Of a stretch of 64,000 nucleotides of DNA, positions 49,201-60,923 are shown piece after piece (position 1 is the first letter of the stretch; each line of letters opens with the position of its first letter). Position numbers and translations under genes: made by a program. This stretch comes from Lepidodermella squamata (taxonomy: Eukaryota; Animalia; Gastrotricha). The notes beneath the pieces are model-generated. The model saw nothing but the letters and a program-made list of their open reading frames with translations, searched no databases and was not told the origin of the DNA. Location of the stretch: NCBI GenBank assembly GCA_047495785.1, contig JBLDXI010000028.1, forward strand, positions 558,001-622,000, in the 5' to 3' direction.

Positions 49201-52200
49201 GATTTTTCGGCGTTTGCTCGAGAGATGGCAGGAGGTGACTGGGCAGTTGGATTTTTCGGTGGAAATTCACGAGGCGCGGGACGATCACGGCGGTGGGTAT
49301 GGTGCGGTTCCGGTTGATACGAAGCAGGATAATTATCAGCGTGCTGGCGGTGTTTATCGGCTCACGCAGGGCCGATCTAGGCGGCTTGTTGTTCAGGTGA
49401 GAGCTAACAAACTACTACATTTTGCGCGTGTCCCATAAATTGTGCAAAATTGGGAAGTTCAATGAAACTTGACATCATTTTATCAAGACATCACTGAAGA
49501 AATTTCCGATAAATTTCCGATAAAATCCGAAGAATCGGACAATTTAAATCGGAAGAAAAGGATAATCAAATTAAAAATATTCTGTTTGTCACATAATTTG
49601 CGCAAAATTTCGAAATTTAATTAAACTTTATCAAATTTCACTGAAGAAATTTTGAAATTTCCGGATAATAATCGAAAAATCCCGATGCCCGAGGTTGTAA
49701 CGGAGACCGATACTTGTAAGCAAAGAGCAAGCTGTTCAACGGTCTCTTTATTTATTTCCTCAAACGGAAGGCCCTGAACGTAAAAGATACAACCCAGAAG
49801 TATACAAAAAGTATGTAGAGAAGGCGGAGACGCGTTCTGGGTTCGTTATAAGGCGAAGCTGTTGGCTGGGTACAACAAGAATAAACGAGGCGGCGGTCGA
49901 TCTGTAGTGAAGAAAATGAGTTGTGGAGGGACGTAGGGCGGTAGAACTATCAATTTACCGATGCGGAATTAGGACAATCGGTCTAGTTTGCCTGGTTCTG
50001 CGCAGCGGCGGCAGCGACCTAGTTGACAGTCGCTCGGACCTCGTCCGTCATCTTCGGACAGGTAACGTCCTTGAAGGCATGATCAGGCCAGCAGACACCA
50101 TTGCGGTGGTAGAACGGTAGTCGGTCCACCATCTCTGGCCAATCGTTGCGGCGCGGTCGTGGTCGGAACGGCGGCGGCTGGTATAGCGGCTGCTGCTGCG
50201 TGTCGCGAGCAGTTGACTGCGGTTGATGCCATTGGGGCGGGAACTGGCGAGGTTGTTGACCCTGCTGACGTTGCGACTGGCGATTCGGCGGCCGGTGCGA
50301 GTCGTTGCCAGCCTGACCTTCGGCGGTAACCGCGGCGATTGTATATCGAAGTACAGCGTCAAGAAGGGCGAACATCTCCGCTGATACCAAGCCGATTTCT
50401 TCAATGAAGAATACATCTGTCCGGTAGATGAGCTGGGCTTTGACCGGGTCCCTGCCGAGCGCCATAATGCAGTCCTGAGACTCGAGAATAGCGTGCGAGT
50501 AAGTTGACTCGCATTGGGAACACCAGGTGCAGGTGACGTCCACCCAGTGAACGAGCTCGCTCTGAAGTAAGCGCCGTAAGACAAACGTTGTAACCTTTAG
50601 CCGTTGTATATAGAACAACGGTTTGGAGGAGGTATTAGGTTTTTCCAGCACCAGGAGGGCCGATGAAAACGGAGTGATTGAACTTTGCTCGGTGTTGTTG
50701 CGAAGAATCGATTTTACGTAGTGCGTGCGAAAAAGCTTGACGTTGTTGATCAAGCGAGGCATCGGTTTGGCCTGGAAAAAGGGAAAAGATCAAAAATGCA
50801 ATATTGAATGTTGAATGTCGTGAGAGCGAAGCAGTCGGCAGACCGGTTTCCTGCCGGAATTCCTCGTTTCCATGAATTACCATTCTCACATGAGAAATTT
50901 GGAACTTTTCTGGTTTTCCGTGTTACTTATGGGACTCATTGGACTTGCTGTACAGTTTTTAGACAACAAAATGGTTGTGCCAAGTGCACTCCCCAAATTT
51001 GAGGGTTCCAGCACTAGATTTCCTCATAGCAACAAGTTTCACAAGTTCGAGTTTTCTATACTCGAACCTCGGAACTCAGGGTAAAAGGTCTAGTAATTGA
51101 AAAATGTTATTTTGAATTTTTACTTATAATTGTGTTATTTTTTATAACACTGAATTTCGACGGATTTTCCCCGTCATTAAGTCTTCATGTTTTACTTGAA
51201 ACATTCTGGAAAATTCTGAACATCAGCTCTGAAATGCAGCCCTAAATTAGCACGTTTACACTGAATTTCTTGATTTTTTCGATTTTTCGATTGATGATGA
51301 TTTGACGTCGGTTGAATGTTTGACGTCGGATATGTTTGCTGATGTAGAATAATTGTCAATGCCGAATCAAATCGACATGAAATCATAATCTTACTAATTT
51401 CGCTGACCAATTAAAGCATTATAATCTCGTTGTTTAGGTCCAAACTCGATCTCACGGCCTTGAACACGCGATGCCGTTGCAAATCGACTCGATTCAAGCC
51501 GTTCAATTCGGCGGCGTGATCGTCCGCCAAGCCAGCCCGAACGCGCCCGCCACGCCCCTCGACTCGTACCAACGCATCGATTTGGACATTCTAATGAAAA
51601 AATGGCGCGAAGCTTTGAACAATCGAACGAAATACCTGGACGAGCAACTGCGGCAGATCAGCAGCAGCCGGTCGAATAACCAAGAAGCGAATCAAAATTA
51701 CGACGCGAGGCGAGAGGCGACGATTTTTCAAGAGTGGTCGCTGCTGGTCGCGGAGAAGGAGTTGTCGGAAGAGCCTGAGCCTGGCTGCGGCCTGCCCGGG
51801 GCCGAGTTGGCTGACGATGATTTCGAGCAAGACGTTGAGGCGAATGGCCACGAACCGCACCGGCCGGTGATTTTTCTCGATTTGCCCATTGAATCGCTGA
51901 CGACTGGCTATCCGGTTGCGAAGCAGAATTTGGCTGGGGCGAATTGTTTTCTCGACGACAAGGAGATGCATGGCAAATTTGTTGAGCTTCCCATTCTGAA
52001 AGAACTCGACGGACCGGTAAGAAATTCTATATTTACTATTTACATTTATGAATTTTTGACTTCATTGTTGACGATTGTTGTTATCCTATAATTTAGTTCC
52101 AAGTCCTTACAAAGTTTTAATTTCCATTATATTATTTTGCTTAGATTGGTGCTGTAGCTGGCTGGGACCCGATTGCGGTCAATTGGGCCGTTAGCGATCG

Positions 52201-53592
52201 TCCGTCGATGCTCGACGACAAAGTGTACGCCATCGTGCGCCTCGTCGTTCGCCTGAGCCACCCGACGCAAATCGACATAATGATTCGCAAACGCATCTGC
52301 TTCGTCGTACAGCCTGCTCCGGTGCAAAATACAAGCCCTGGCAAACGCCTGCTATCGAAAATTTGGAGCCCAAGTCGCGACAGTTTGGGCGGCGTGTCGA
52401 AATGCGACGTGGCTCAAACTAGCGTCACTTACGACATCATTTCCAATTTGCCATTGGTAAATTTCGAGATAAAACCGAAAAGGGTGTAAATTTGCCTACC
52501 ATCAATTTTGGGAATGTAACCAATAGCCCGGAAAAATCAAATTTCACCATCAATTTCGGGTTTTCTACCATCAAATTAGAGCTTTTGCCAACGAAACGGA
52601 AACCGCCATCAATTCAAGTACAATTGCCTACAAAATGGATTTTCTTACCAGCAAAGCCGAAAATACCCGTTGATTTAGTCGGAAACTGTTCAAAACGCAG
52701 CCAAATGGCGCGGACGGAAAATTCCGATATGGATTTTCCATGTCAGTTTCGAAGAAAAAGTCTTATCCATGTCACTCGGCAGAAGTACTTGAATTGATGG
52801 CTGTTTCCGTTTCGTTGGCGAATGCTCTAATTTGATGGTAGAAAACCCGAAATTGATGGTGAAATTTGATTTTTCCGGGCTATTGGTTACATTCTCAAAA
52901 TCATGGTGAAAACCCCAAAATTAATGTTGGAAAGCATTTTCCCCTACCGGAAAAATCCGATAGTTCGGAAATTTTCTTTTGATTCTTCCTAACTTGGGAC
53001 ATTAATGTTCAATTTTTGTATTTTTCAGGCATCTTACGATGTAGCTCGACGGTCCGTTCTCGCGAAAATGGCAGCCGACCCCTCAGGAACTGCCGTAAAT
53101 ACCGCTGCAATCGAGCAATACGTGCAAGCCGTTCAAGCCGTCGAATCACTCATGGTAATGGACCGTCTACGGCAGCAACTCGCTCTCCAGCGGTGCATAG
53201 ACGTAGCGTTAGGGCGAACTGGTGTCAGCCAGGAATCGTCCCTACAACGGTCCATAGCCTCACCCAGCCCATCAGCACTATCCCCAGCCGGTAGTTTACT
53301 AAACGTGCGAAGTAACGAGAGTAGCCAGGCGTCTATGAAACAGATGAGTCAGAGGTCGCTAAGTCCATTGATCGTACCAATGGCAGTGCCACCGCCTATG
53401 ACACCCATTTCACCAGTTGTCATGACAATGGATTCGTTGAGCGTGAATCCGCATGCGTCTGCTTCTAATAATCATTACGACGTAGCGTCGAACGCAGCGT
53501 TCGGGGCTGCGAAAACTACTGCGATAAATGCTCAATCGCCTGGCGGTAATTCGCTGAATAACATTGTCGAACAGGCCTTTCCAGATTTTTGA
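40225..53592 (+). CDS. KIF13: Kinesin-3, KIF13-like (motor, FHA, C-terminal extension; no CAP-Gly seen), multi-exon
   Basis: [66 protein letters not shown] and [14 protein letters not shown]....IRKRIC. The 3' end is uncertain. Confidence 0.9.
41483..43135 (-). CDS. Nested single-pass type I membrane protein in kinesin intron, 2 coding exons
   Basis: Signal exon 43135-43043 (phase 0 gtaagt) joins the acceptor at 42217. Acidic S/T-rich ectodomain, TM ([27 protein letters not shown]) and Pro-rich tail. Confidence 0.78.
49696..50340 (-). mobile_element. LTR-retrotransposon-like fragment (gag-like tail plus LTR-like 3' end)
   Basis: Q/P/R-rich ORF with FYH...C...H...C. The minus strand ends aataaataaagagacc...ccgttaCA. 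Confidence 0.4.
50340..50771 (-). pseudogene. PIF1-family helicase fragment (Helitron-like)
   Basis: [34 protein letters not shown] and [24 protein letters not shown], with one stop and a frameshift. Confidence 0.8.
52499..52907. repeat. Foldback/MITE with ~120 bp inverted arms in kinesin intron
   Basis: 52499-52621 matches the reverse complement of 52785-52907; ccatcaatt subrepeats. Confidence 0.85.
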
Positions 53593-54405
53593 TAAATAAT
53601 GATCACATCGCCGATCTTCCATGCATTTTTATGTCGAAACAATTGATAATCGAGCTTCCGACGTGTTTTTTTTGTATCAAGCCTCATTCCGCAGCTTCAA
53701 CAGGATAAAACGACAATCATGGTGGTGCTGGACATACGTAAACGTCATTGTTGCTTATAATTTTCGTGGACAATCAATAACTATTATCGAGCTGATTACC
53801 GTTGGTAGATGCGCCAAAGAAAGTTAACTTAGCGTAACCCGTGTTGTACCTTTAAAATTGCTCCTTTATTTTGCCTTGTTTTTCAAACTGCCCGGAAGAA
53901 AATTCATTATATCAGGTGAACAATCACTACTAGAGCTTCATTTTTCTATTTTTACCTCTTCCAGTTTAATTCCGTTGATCAATTCCAAAAAGTTGTGTTA
54001 GTGATGATTGTGACGGCTGTATGACTACGCTGCTGATTAATTGAAGAAATTATACTGACTAATATATTGCTGAAGTTTTATTGAAGATGGAAATTATTGA
54101 TGGCTGTAATATTATAGCTGACTGAAATCGACGATGCTTTGTAGAAATGCTATACGGCTATGTTTAGTCTTGTTTTATATGAACGTTATAACGAAGCTTA
54201 ATAAAAATTGAAGGACACAAATGATTCTGTTTTTACCCATCAATTTTCCAGCGTTTATTTTTATTTGAGACACCCTGCGTGAAAAAGTTCCGTAGTGTTT
54301 CTCTCGCGTCACACATTTTGGGTGACTACGATGACAAGTTTCAGCACATTGCTGCTTCTCCTTCCAGCAAAGGCTTCTTTCAACTCGCCTTGAAAACTTT
54401 CAATA

Positions 54406-55267
54406 CACCTTTTTTCCTTTGCAATTTCATTATTTTTATTAAAGAAACACGCGTTTATTTTTTCATGATTATCAGCGTATTCATTTTATTCATTTTCTTA
54501 CTTTTTTCTACCTAAGGATTTACTCGATCTTCGAAGGTTCGCTGTATGCGAATACGAAACCCGAATGGGATGAACTATATATCAAATTGAAGCTAGAGAT
54601 CTGATCTATCTAACTGTGATATTAAAATACTGGATGCCATTTTGTTCTTGAAGGTATTCAACGTTTTAGCCGACTGGTTGTTCGGAAAGTTTCTTCTGAT
54701 TTTACCTACAATTATGTTTATTTTTCAACAAATAACTGCTAAGGAACTATTCTATTACTTGGTCTTCGCTAATTTCATCATTTCATGATGAAACCAAAGC
54801 AATATTTGTGAAAACTACCTCAGCACCCGCGTAAGCTATTGCCCAAAATGCTACTAAAAAGCCAAATTTTTTGAGGTTCTATCGCTTCTACTCGAGATAT
54901 CACCTTCGCCTGATTGTTCTAATCATTTTTGGGGAGGAGGGAGGGGCCTTATACTTATAAAATATAAAAACTATCCAAGGAAAACATCTTTGCAGTTCAT
55001 TCTACTTACTGCTTAGTTTCTGCGAAACAAATAATGATTTTGCCGATCTGATCGCATATTTGAAAAGGTTATGTATCTAGCTTCAATTTGATATATAATT
55101 CATCCCATTCGGGTTTCGTATTCGCATACAGCGAACCTTCGAAGATCGAGTAAATTCTTAGGTGGAAAAAAGTAAGAAAATGAATAAAATGAATACGCTG
55201 ATGATCATGAAAAAATAAACGCGTTTTTCTTTAATAAAAATAATGAAATTGCAAAGGAAAAAAGGTG
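54406..55267. mobile_element. Tc1/pogo-type MITE with ~190 bp TIRs
   Basis: ta-caccttttttcctttgcaatttc ... gaaattgcaaaggaaaaaaggtg-ta, with a TA TSD. Confidence 0.88.
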
Positions 55268-56303
55268 TAGTTAGGGTAAAGTAATCACCCATGTCGCTGG
55301 GGTCTTCGAAATGCTGAAAATAAGGCGAAATCATTCGATGAAATATTATTTAGCTGATCAAAGGAACTGACAGGTCCGACTGAAATTTTGAATTTTCTTC
55401 ACAACGTTTTTCTGTGAACTTTTAGCGATTGATCAACAATAAATTAGAATCTTGGATAGCGTTTTTGTTTCAGACTAACTCGGTACGAACCAACCAGCGT
55501 TTAATCAGAATTCCACAGCGCAGCAATCGGGCCAACTGCTGCTGGCATTGAATGGAACGATCGACGTCGGGAGCAAATTCGTTCGCGAAAGTTCGCGAAT
55601 TTCATAAAACACTTCCAGATCTTGCACCGAAATCCTGAAGCGTAATCGTTTGACGGCTTATTGCTGGTTGCATGTTTGATTTTCATATTCTCTCGGTCGT
55701 TCGGTTACCTATGACCTGGAGCATTTTATATAAGCATTCAATATCCTGTCCGAGGCGGGGCGGCTAAACACGCGGGACGAGGCCTGATATTCGAATTTTT
55801 GTTACCTTTTAAAACTTATCAGAGAACCCGAACAAAAAAGTGCACACTGTTTAAGAGTTTTTTGGGTTCGCATTATTTTTTACGGGTTTTGTGGCTATTT
55901 TTTTCATCGCCAACGATGATTCATTCAGTCATTTGGAGGTTTTATTGCTGTTATTGGAGTATTTCTGTCTTAGTGCGAGAAATGCCCAAAAAAGTAGACG
56001 GCGCGTGCCAGTTTTTTGCGAGGTTGATCGTCATGAAAAAATTGCACAGTGATATCACGAAAAAAATACGACTTTTTCTGCCATTCATAGAGTGGCGTTT
56101 TTTCGACTGATATCGACCCTGTGATTTTTATTGCTGTTTTGGGGTTCTTTAGGATTTAATTTGAAATTAGCGTAAAAATGTCGAGATTTTTTGCAATGTC
56201 AAGAAATCTCGTAAATGAAATATGGTCTTGGCGTCGCAAAAACAACTAAGTCCAAAGTGCAAGTTATTTATAAAGCAATAAAAACAACAACATTTATGTG
56301 ATC

Positions 56304-56372
56304 GCTGGTGGCGTAGTTGGTGAGGCGTTGGGCTGGTGCATCAATGTTCGATGGTTCAACCCCCGCCAGAGA
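56304..56372 (+). other. tRNA-derived / SINE-head-like sequence
   Basis: A-box tggcgtagttgg, B-box ggttcaacccc and ctgg/ccag closure. The anticodon arm is irregular. Confidence 0.45.
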
Positions 56373-56581
56373 CACATTTTTAATTAATTAATTAAGCAAT
56401 TATTTGAATCAAATTACGATATTTCTAGCTGTTAGTATATTCTCGACATATTACGCTAATTTCAAATTAAATCCCAAAAAACCCTACTTAGAAAACACGT
56501 AAAAAAACACGAGAAAAGTCGCATTTGATAAACTTTTTTTTGTTCGGGAAATCAGAGAACCGAATTTTCTCTGGGTATATT

Positions 56582-56674
56582 CAGAGTTGTCCACGGGCCG
56601 GGCCGGGTCGGGTTTTCAAATTCGTTCTTACGGGCCGGGCCGGGTTCCGAAAATTCGGCCCGTGGACAACTCTG
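56582..56674. mobile_element. 93 bp hAT MITE
   Basis: 19 bp TIR cagagttgtccacgggccg, 8 bp TSD ggtatatt and gggcc subrepeats. Confidence 0.92.
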
Positions 56675-57451
56675 GGTATATTATAAGCTATAAGCGCAGT
56701 ATAACATGTTTATCCACTTGGCTTTATGCGGTGCTCTTTTCAAATTTCAACCTCGATGGCTTCGCAAATTGATCTGACGGTGATCATTAGATCAGAGGCT
56801 GGGAAAACTGACGTCAATTTGGGCTTCAGCTGGATTCAAGAGGGCGAACTCGTATCCAACTGCCCGCTGACCACCGAAAAATCCCGTTTTATTTCCAAAC
56901 TTGTATCATAACTTTCCAGTTCGTCCGAAAATACAACCGTGTTTAGTTCGACGATAGCGTCTATTTCCAATGGGCTGAGGCAGAGGGGAGATGACTGGCG
57001 ATACCTGGGTCAAAGCTAAAATACGTGCTATCCATGGGCGAATTTGCGAGAAGCTCAGTTCAAACTGTGACCTTCACCATCAAGTTGGCTAGACTGTCGG
57101 ACTACTAAATATGGTCAATCTAGCCCTGCCTTGCGCTGTGCTATCTGGCATCAAACATCTGTCACGAAGCTTTGATTTATCAGAAAACACAAAATGCAAA
57201 CGAACAGCAGTCATATATGGAAGCGACGATATTTGAAAAAAAGAATCGAACTGCGGGAAGTATCATTTAGTATCTTTATTGCACGATAAACTGAATATAA
57301 CGAAACGACGTTCCACCCAAATAGCGGAACTCTTTATTAAAAATTCCACCTCAAAATCGTGGCTCATACGATTTTAATAGCTGTATTTTATGGCTTGATT
57401 AAGATGAGTCACTTTATGAGATAGCTAGTCTTCAAGCAATTGAGGCTGACG

Positions 57452-58485
57452 ATGCTTTTGAAGCTGTGCTTATTCATAGAGTGTATAGTTTGGATAAATG
57501 CAATTTTTATAGCATATGAGCTGGTTAGCGATGCCGATCTAGATGTTTTGGACCAGCCGAGTATAAATGACGACGAGGTGGAACGTTCACTAAGCGGCAG
57601 ACGAGGAATGCGAGGAATGCGAGGAAAGCCCATGGGTCAATCGGGGAAAAACAGCGCAATAGGGCAAGGTTATCATGCTACATCTGGCACCCAAAGCTTG
57701 AACAAAGCCCAAAGTCTACAAAAACCGGGCAATAATAACGTCGCAGCTAAAAAAAGACCTGCACAGACCGGCGATAACAGATTGTGGAATACCGGACGAG
57801 GGACGCAGTGGAACTCTTTTGCTAACAGGAATAACAGACAATCTTCGAGAGTCGCAAACGCTCGCAAGAAGGGTCGTGCTGGCACCGGTCAAACTCAGCC
57901 GGCAGACACCAATGCCGCAAATAGAGGGAATCGTGGAAACCGCGGCAGCAATCAGCCCGGTAGATACGACACGCTCAGGGATGATGCTTTTAGCCAATTG
58001 ACACAAACGTTGCGGGATCTTGGTCGAAAAAGTTGGGAAACGCTATCGGGGGGTCAGGGCTGGGCTGGTCTATTCAACAACGCCAAAAACTTCGCTTTTT
58101 CAACTTTCAATCCAGAAAATGTGATACAGAAAATGTTTGGCGGATTACTGTCGCAAGAACAGCAGACGAAGGCTATGGATTTCTTGAACAGCGCACGTGA
58201 GTTGTGATCGATGATTATTTTCCGGCTAAGTTGTGTCTTTCTTATGCTACAGAATGGGTCAAAACGACGTTCACTGCTGTGATGATAGCTGTCCCTGTGA
58301 TTGGTACTCTGATAATTGTTTACTGTTGCTGTTGCCGAGCTGGTCCAGCTCCGGAGCCTATTATGCTACCGATGTACCAGCCACCACCTCCACCGCCGCC
58401 AATAGACTTGGCAGCGTATTTTCAACAAGACGATGAACCGGAGCCGGAGCCAAGGCAAAAGCGCAAAACAAAGCAGAAGGAATAA
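57452..58485 (+). CDS. Single-pass membrane protein with cationic G/N/R-rich ectodomain, Cys cluster and Pro-rich tail, 2 exons
   Basis: Signal peptide. In-frame intron 58197-58251 joins the exon encoding TM, YCCCCR and PMYQPPPPPPP. Confidence 0.75.
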
Positions 58486-58887
58486 GGAGTAACATTGTCT
58501 CATCTATTTAGCCTCATTATCAGTATCTTGCTTGAAGATACTCTCTGTCTATTCTATAAATATTATATGTTTGCGAAACCCGTGCAAGTAAAAGAAGGGA
58601 AAAGAACGATCGTCGCGTAATTACAAACAGGATCGCAGGAACACAAAAGACACGGGGCAGCATTGTGGCAGTATCGAAAGGTTTGGATCACCTCTTTACA
58701 GGCTGTAGAGGTCTCTTTATTAGCGCATTCTGATGATATCTTTCCTTCACATTTTTCCCATGGTACTCTGGATTAGGGCTATTCGGTTCTGAGGATCGTA
58801 AAATTCTGACTTGGTTGAAGGTTGTAAATAGAAAAAAGAAAACTCTGCCTTAACGTCCTACATGCGACCAACCAGGCGGCATAGAAA

Positions 58888-60231
58888 ATGGAAGTGTGGC
58901 CCGAGATGCATCGGCAACATCTTTACCTTGTAGCAGCATTCAAGCTCTTCCTTACCTTTGCAGCTTCATGGGACTGTGCCTTGCATTACGCTCGCCGTGG
59001 TAATCGTCAAGCCATAAAATTAGCGCCAGCTCCGGAAGAAGGATACCCGGTTATCATTAACAATGCAATCGATTACGAGAAACTGGTAAACTATTCATTT
59101 GCCGACAATTCAACTGATGATGCCGACGATATCGAAGGGAGAGGTGCATGGGGCTCGCTAATCAGCAGCATCGCCAAGTTTGGCTCAAAATTAACTGTCA
59201 AAATGCCTAAATTTACTACGTCTCTGAGCAAATTCACGACGAAATTGTCACTGCCAAAGACGCCTTTCAAGCAAACGAATTGGTTCAGAACGACAACAAG
59301 ATCAGCCTCCGCGTCCAAATACCGGTTCGGAAGTCCGCGGGCGATGCGGACGAAAGTTCAGCCGGCCTCATCGAGATTCCGCGTGAAAGGCACCGGCGTG
59401 AAAAGAAACCCTCGAGGCATGCAGAAATCGGCGTTGAAATCAAAGGCAAACAAGGCGAGCAGCTACCGCAAGACGCCGAAGAAGCTTCACCAGGCTAAAA
59501 AGCCGGCTAAGCCTGTAGCAACGAACAAAAAGATGCCTACCAATGCCAAGAGTGGATCACCGAAAATTACACAGGGCAAAAGGCCTAGCAAGTTCAGGGA
59601 CGCCTGGGAGAAAGCTCAAACGAGCCAGAATCTGATTCAGAGTGCAAAACAGCTGTACGAAACGATCAAGGCCAGCCGAGAATTCGTGGACGCTTTGAAG
59701 AAAGCGGAAAACATTTATGACAGCTTTAACAATCAACTGCCAGATGATTTGCTAGACTTGCTCGGCGACAATTTCCCTCCGTTTGACGATTTGTTCGACA
59801 GTCTGCCGGATGACGTGGCAAGGTTCATCAGAGATAAGCATGAACAATTCTACTTGGGATTTGAAGGCAAGTCATAATTACATAATTTTATAACTGATTT
59901 GATCAACTTTTTCACAGGTAAATATAGATTAGCGATCATTGCAGCTCTGTGCCTCGTTGGCGTTGTCATTTTCATCGCTGTTTTCATCACTTGTGTCATT
60001 TGTTGCCGGCTTAATCGTGGCAGTTACGCGCCTACTTACATAATTCCTATACCAATGCCACCAGCCTATCCCACTGCTCAACCTGGTATGGTAACAGTTA
60101 GTGCCCAGCGAGGGCTGCCTAGGGCCAGTGATCCAAGTTCTGGTTTCCGGAGTCGCGTCATTAGCAACTACCAGAAAAGACTCGCCAAGAAAGAAAAAGC
60201 TGTCAAACGATCTGTCAACAACAATATTTGA
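58888..60231 (+). CDS. Single-pass membrane protein with Lys-rich ectodomain, Cys cluster and Pro-rich tail, 2 exons
   Basis: Signal-like N-terminus. In-frame GC-AG intron 59867-59917. TM, CVICCR and PMPPAYP. Confidence 0.75.
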
Positions 60232-60289
60232 AATCTGGGTTTGTACTCAACGTTATTTACTACGCTATTTGAATAAAAAAAACGGAGTG

Positions 60290-60793
60290 GATATTCGTAC
60301 TTAAATAAGTACGCGTTTTTTGATATTCGTACTTAAGCAGCTTTCCGCTTACGTAATATTCGAAATTTTTCGACCATAATATTCAGCTTTTAAAACTGAG
60401 TAAGAATCATATCTCACCCAGGAAGCTGAGATAACTTGGACTTGTCAAATTTGATGGCAAAATCTGGAGTTTCTCCCTATTTTCATCAAGTTGGATCTAA
60501 GGTTCAGGACCTTTTAGGTTTCCTGAGCTTTCCAACCCTAATTTCATGTTTTTGGATGCAAATTTGACAAGTCCAAGTTATCTCAGCTTCCTGGGTGAGA
60601 TATGATTCTTACTCAGTTTTAAAAGCTGAATATTATGGTCGAAAAATTTCGAATATTACGTAAGCGGAAAGCTGCTTAAGTACGAATATCAAATAACGCG
60701 TACTTATTTAAGTACGAATATCAAAAAATGCGTACTTATTTAAGTATGAATATCAAAAAACGCGTACTTATTTAAGCAGGAATATAACGACCC
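60290..60793. repeat. Foldback element: ~165 bp near-perfect inverted arms with 32 bp subterminal tandem units
   Basis: 60290-60453 matches the reverse complement of 60559-60722. The unit acgcgtacttatttaagtacgaatatcaaaaa occurs once on the left and three times on the right. Confidence 0.88.
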
Positions 60794-60923
60794 TAAAAAA
60801 AATTAGGACGGAGTAGAAATAATTTTAACTCGATCGCGTGCTTTCAAGGCGCGCGCGAATCATTTCATTCATAAGTTTTGTGAATGAAATGAAATTTGTT
60901 TGAATTTCAAAAATAATGCTGTC

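Noticed and set aside
49430-49690. Diverged ~160 bp tandem repeat in kinesin intron
   Set aside because: Ordinary AT-rich intronic duplication with no further structure.
56304-56372. Functional tRNA gene
   Set aside because: The anticodon and acceptor stems do not pair properly, so it is kept only as tRNA-derived.
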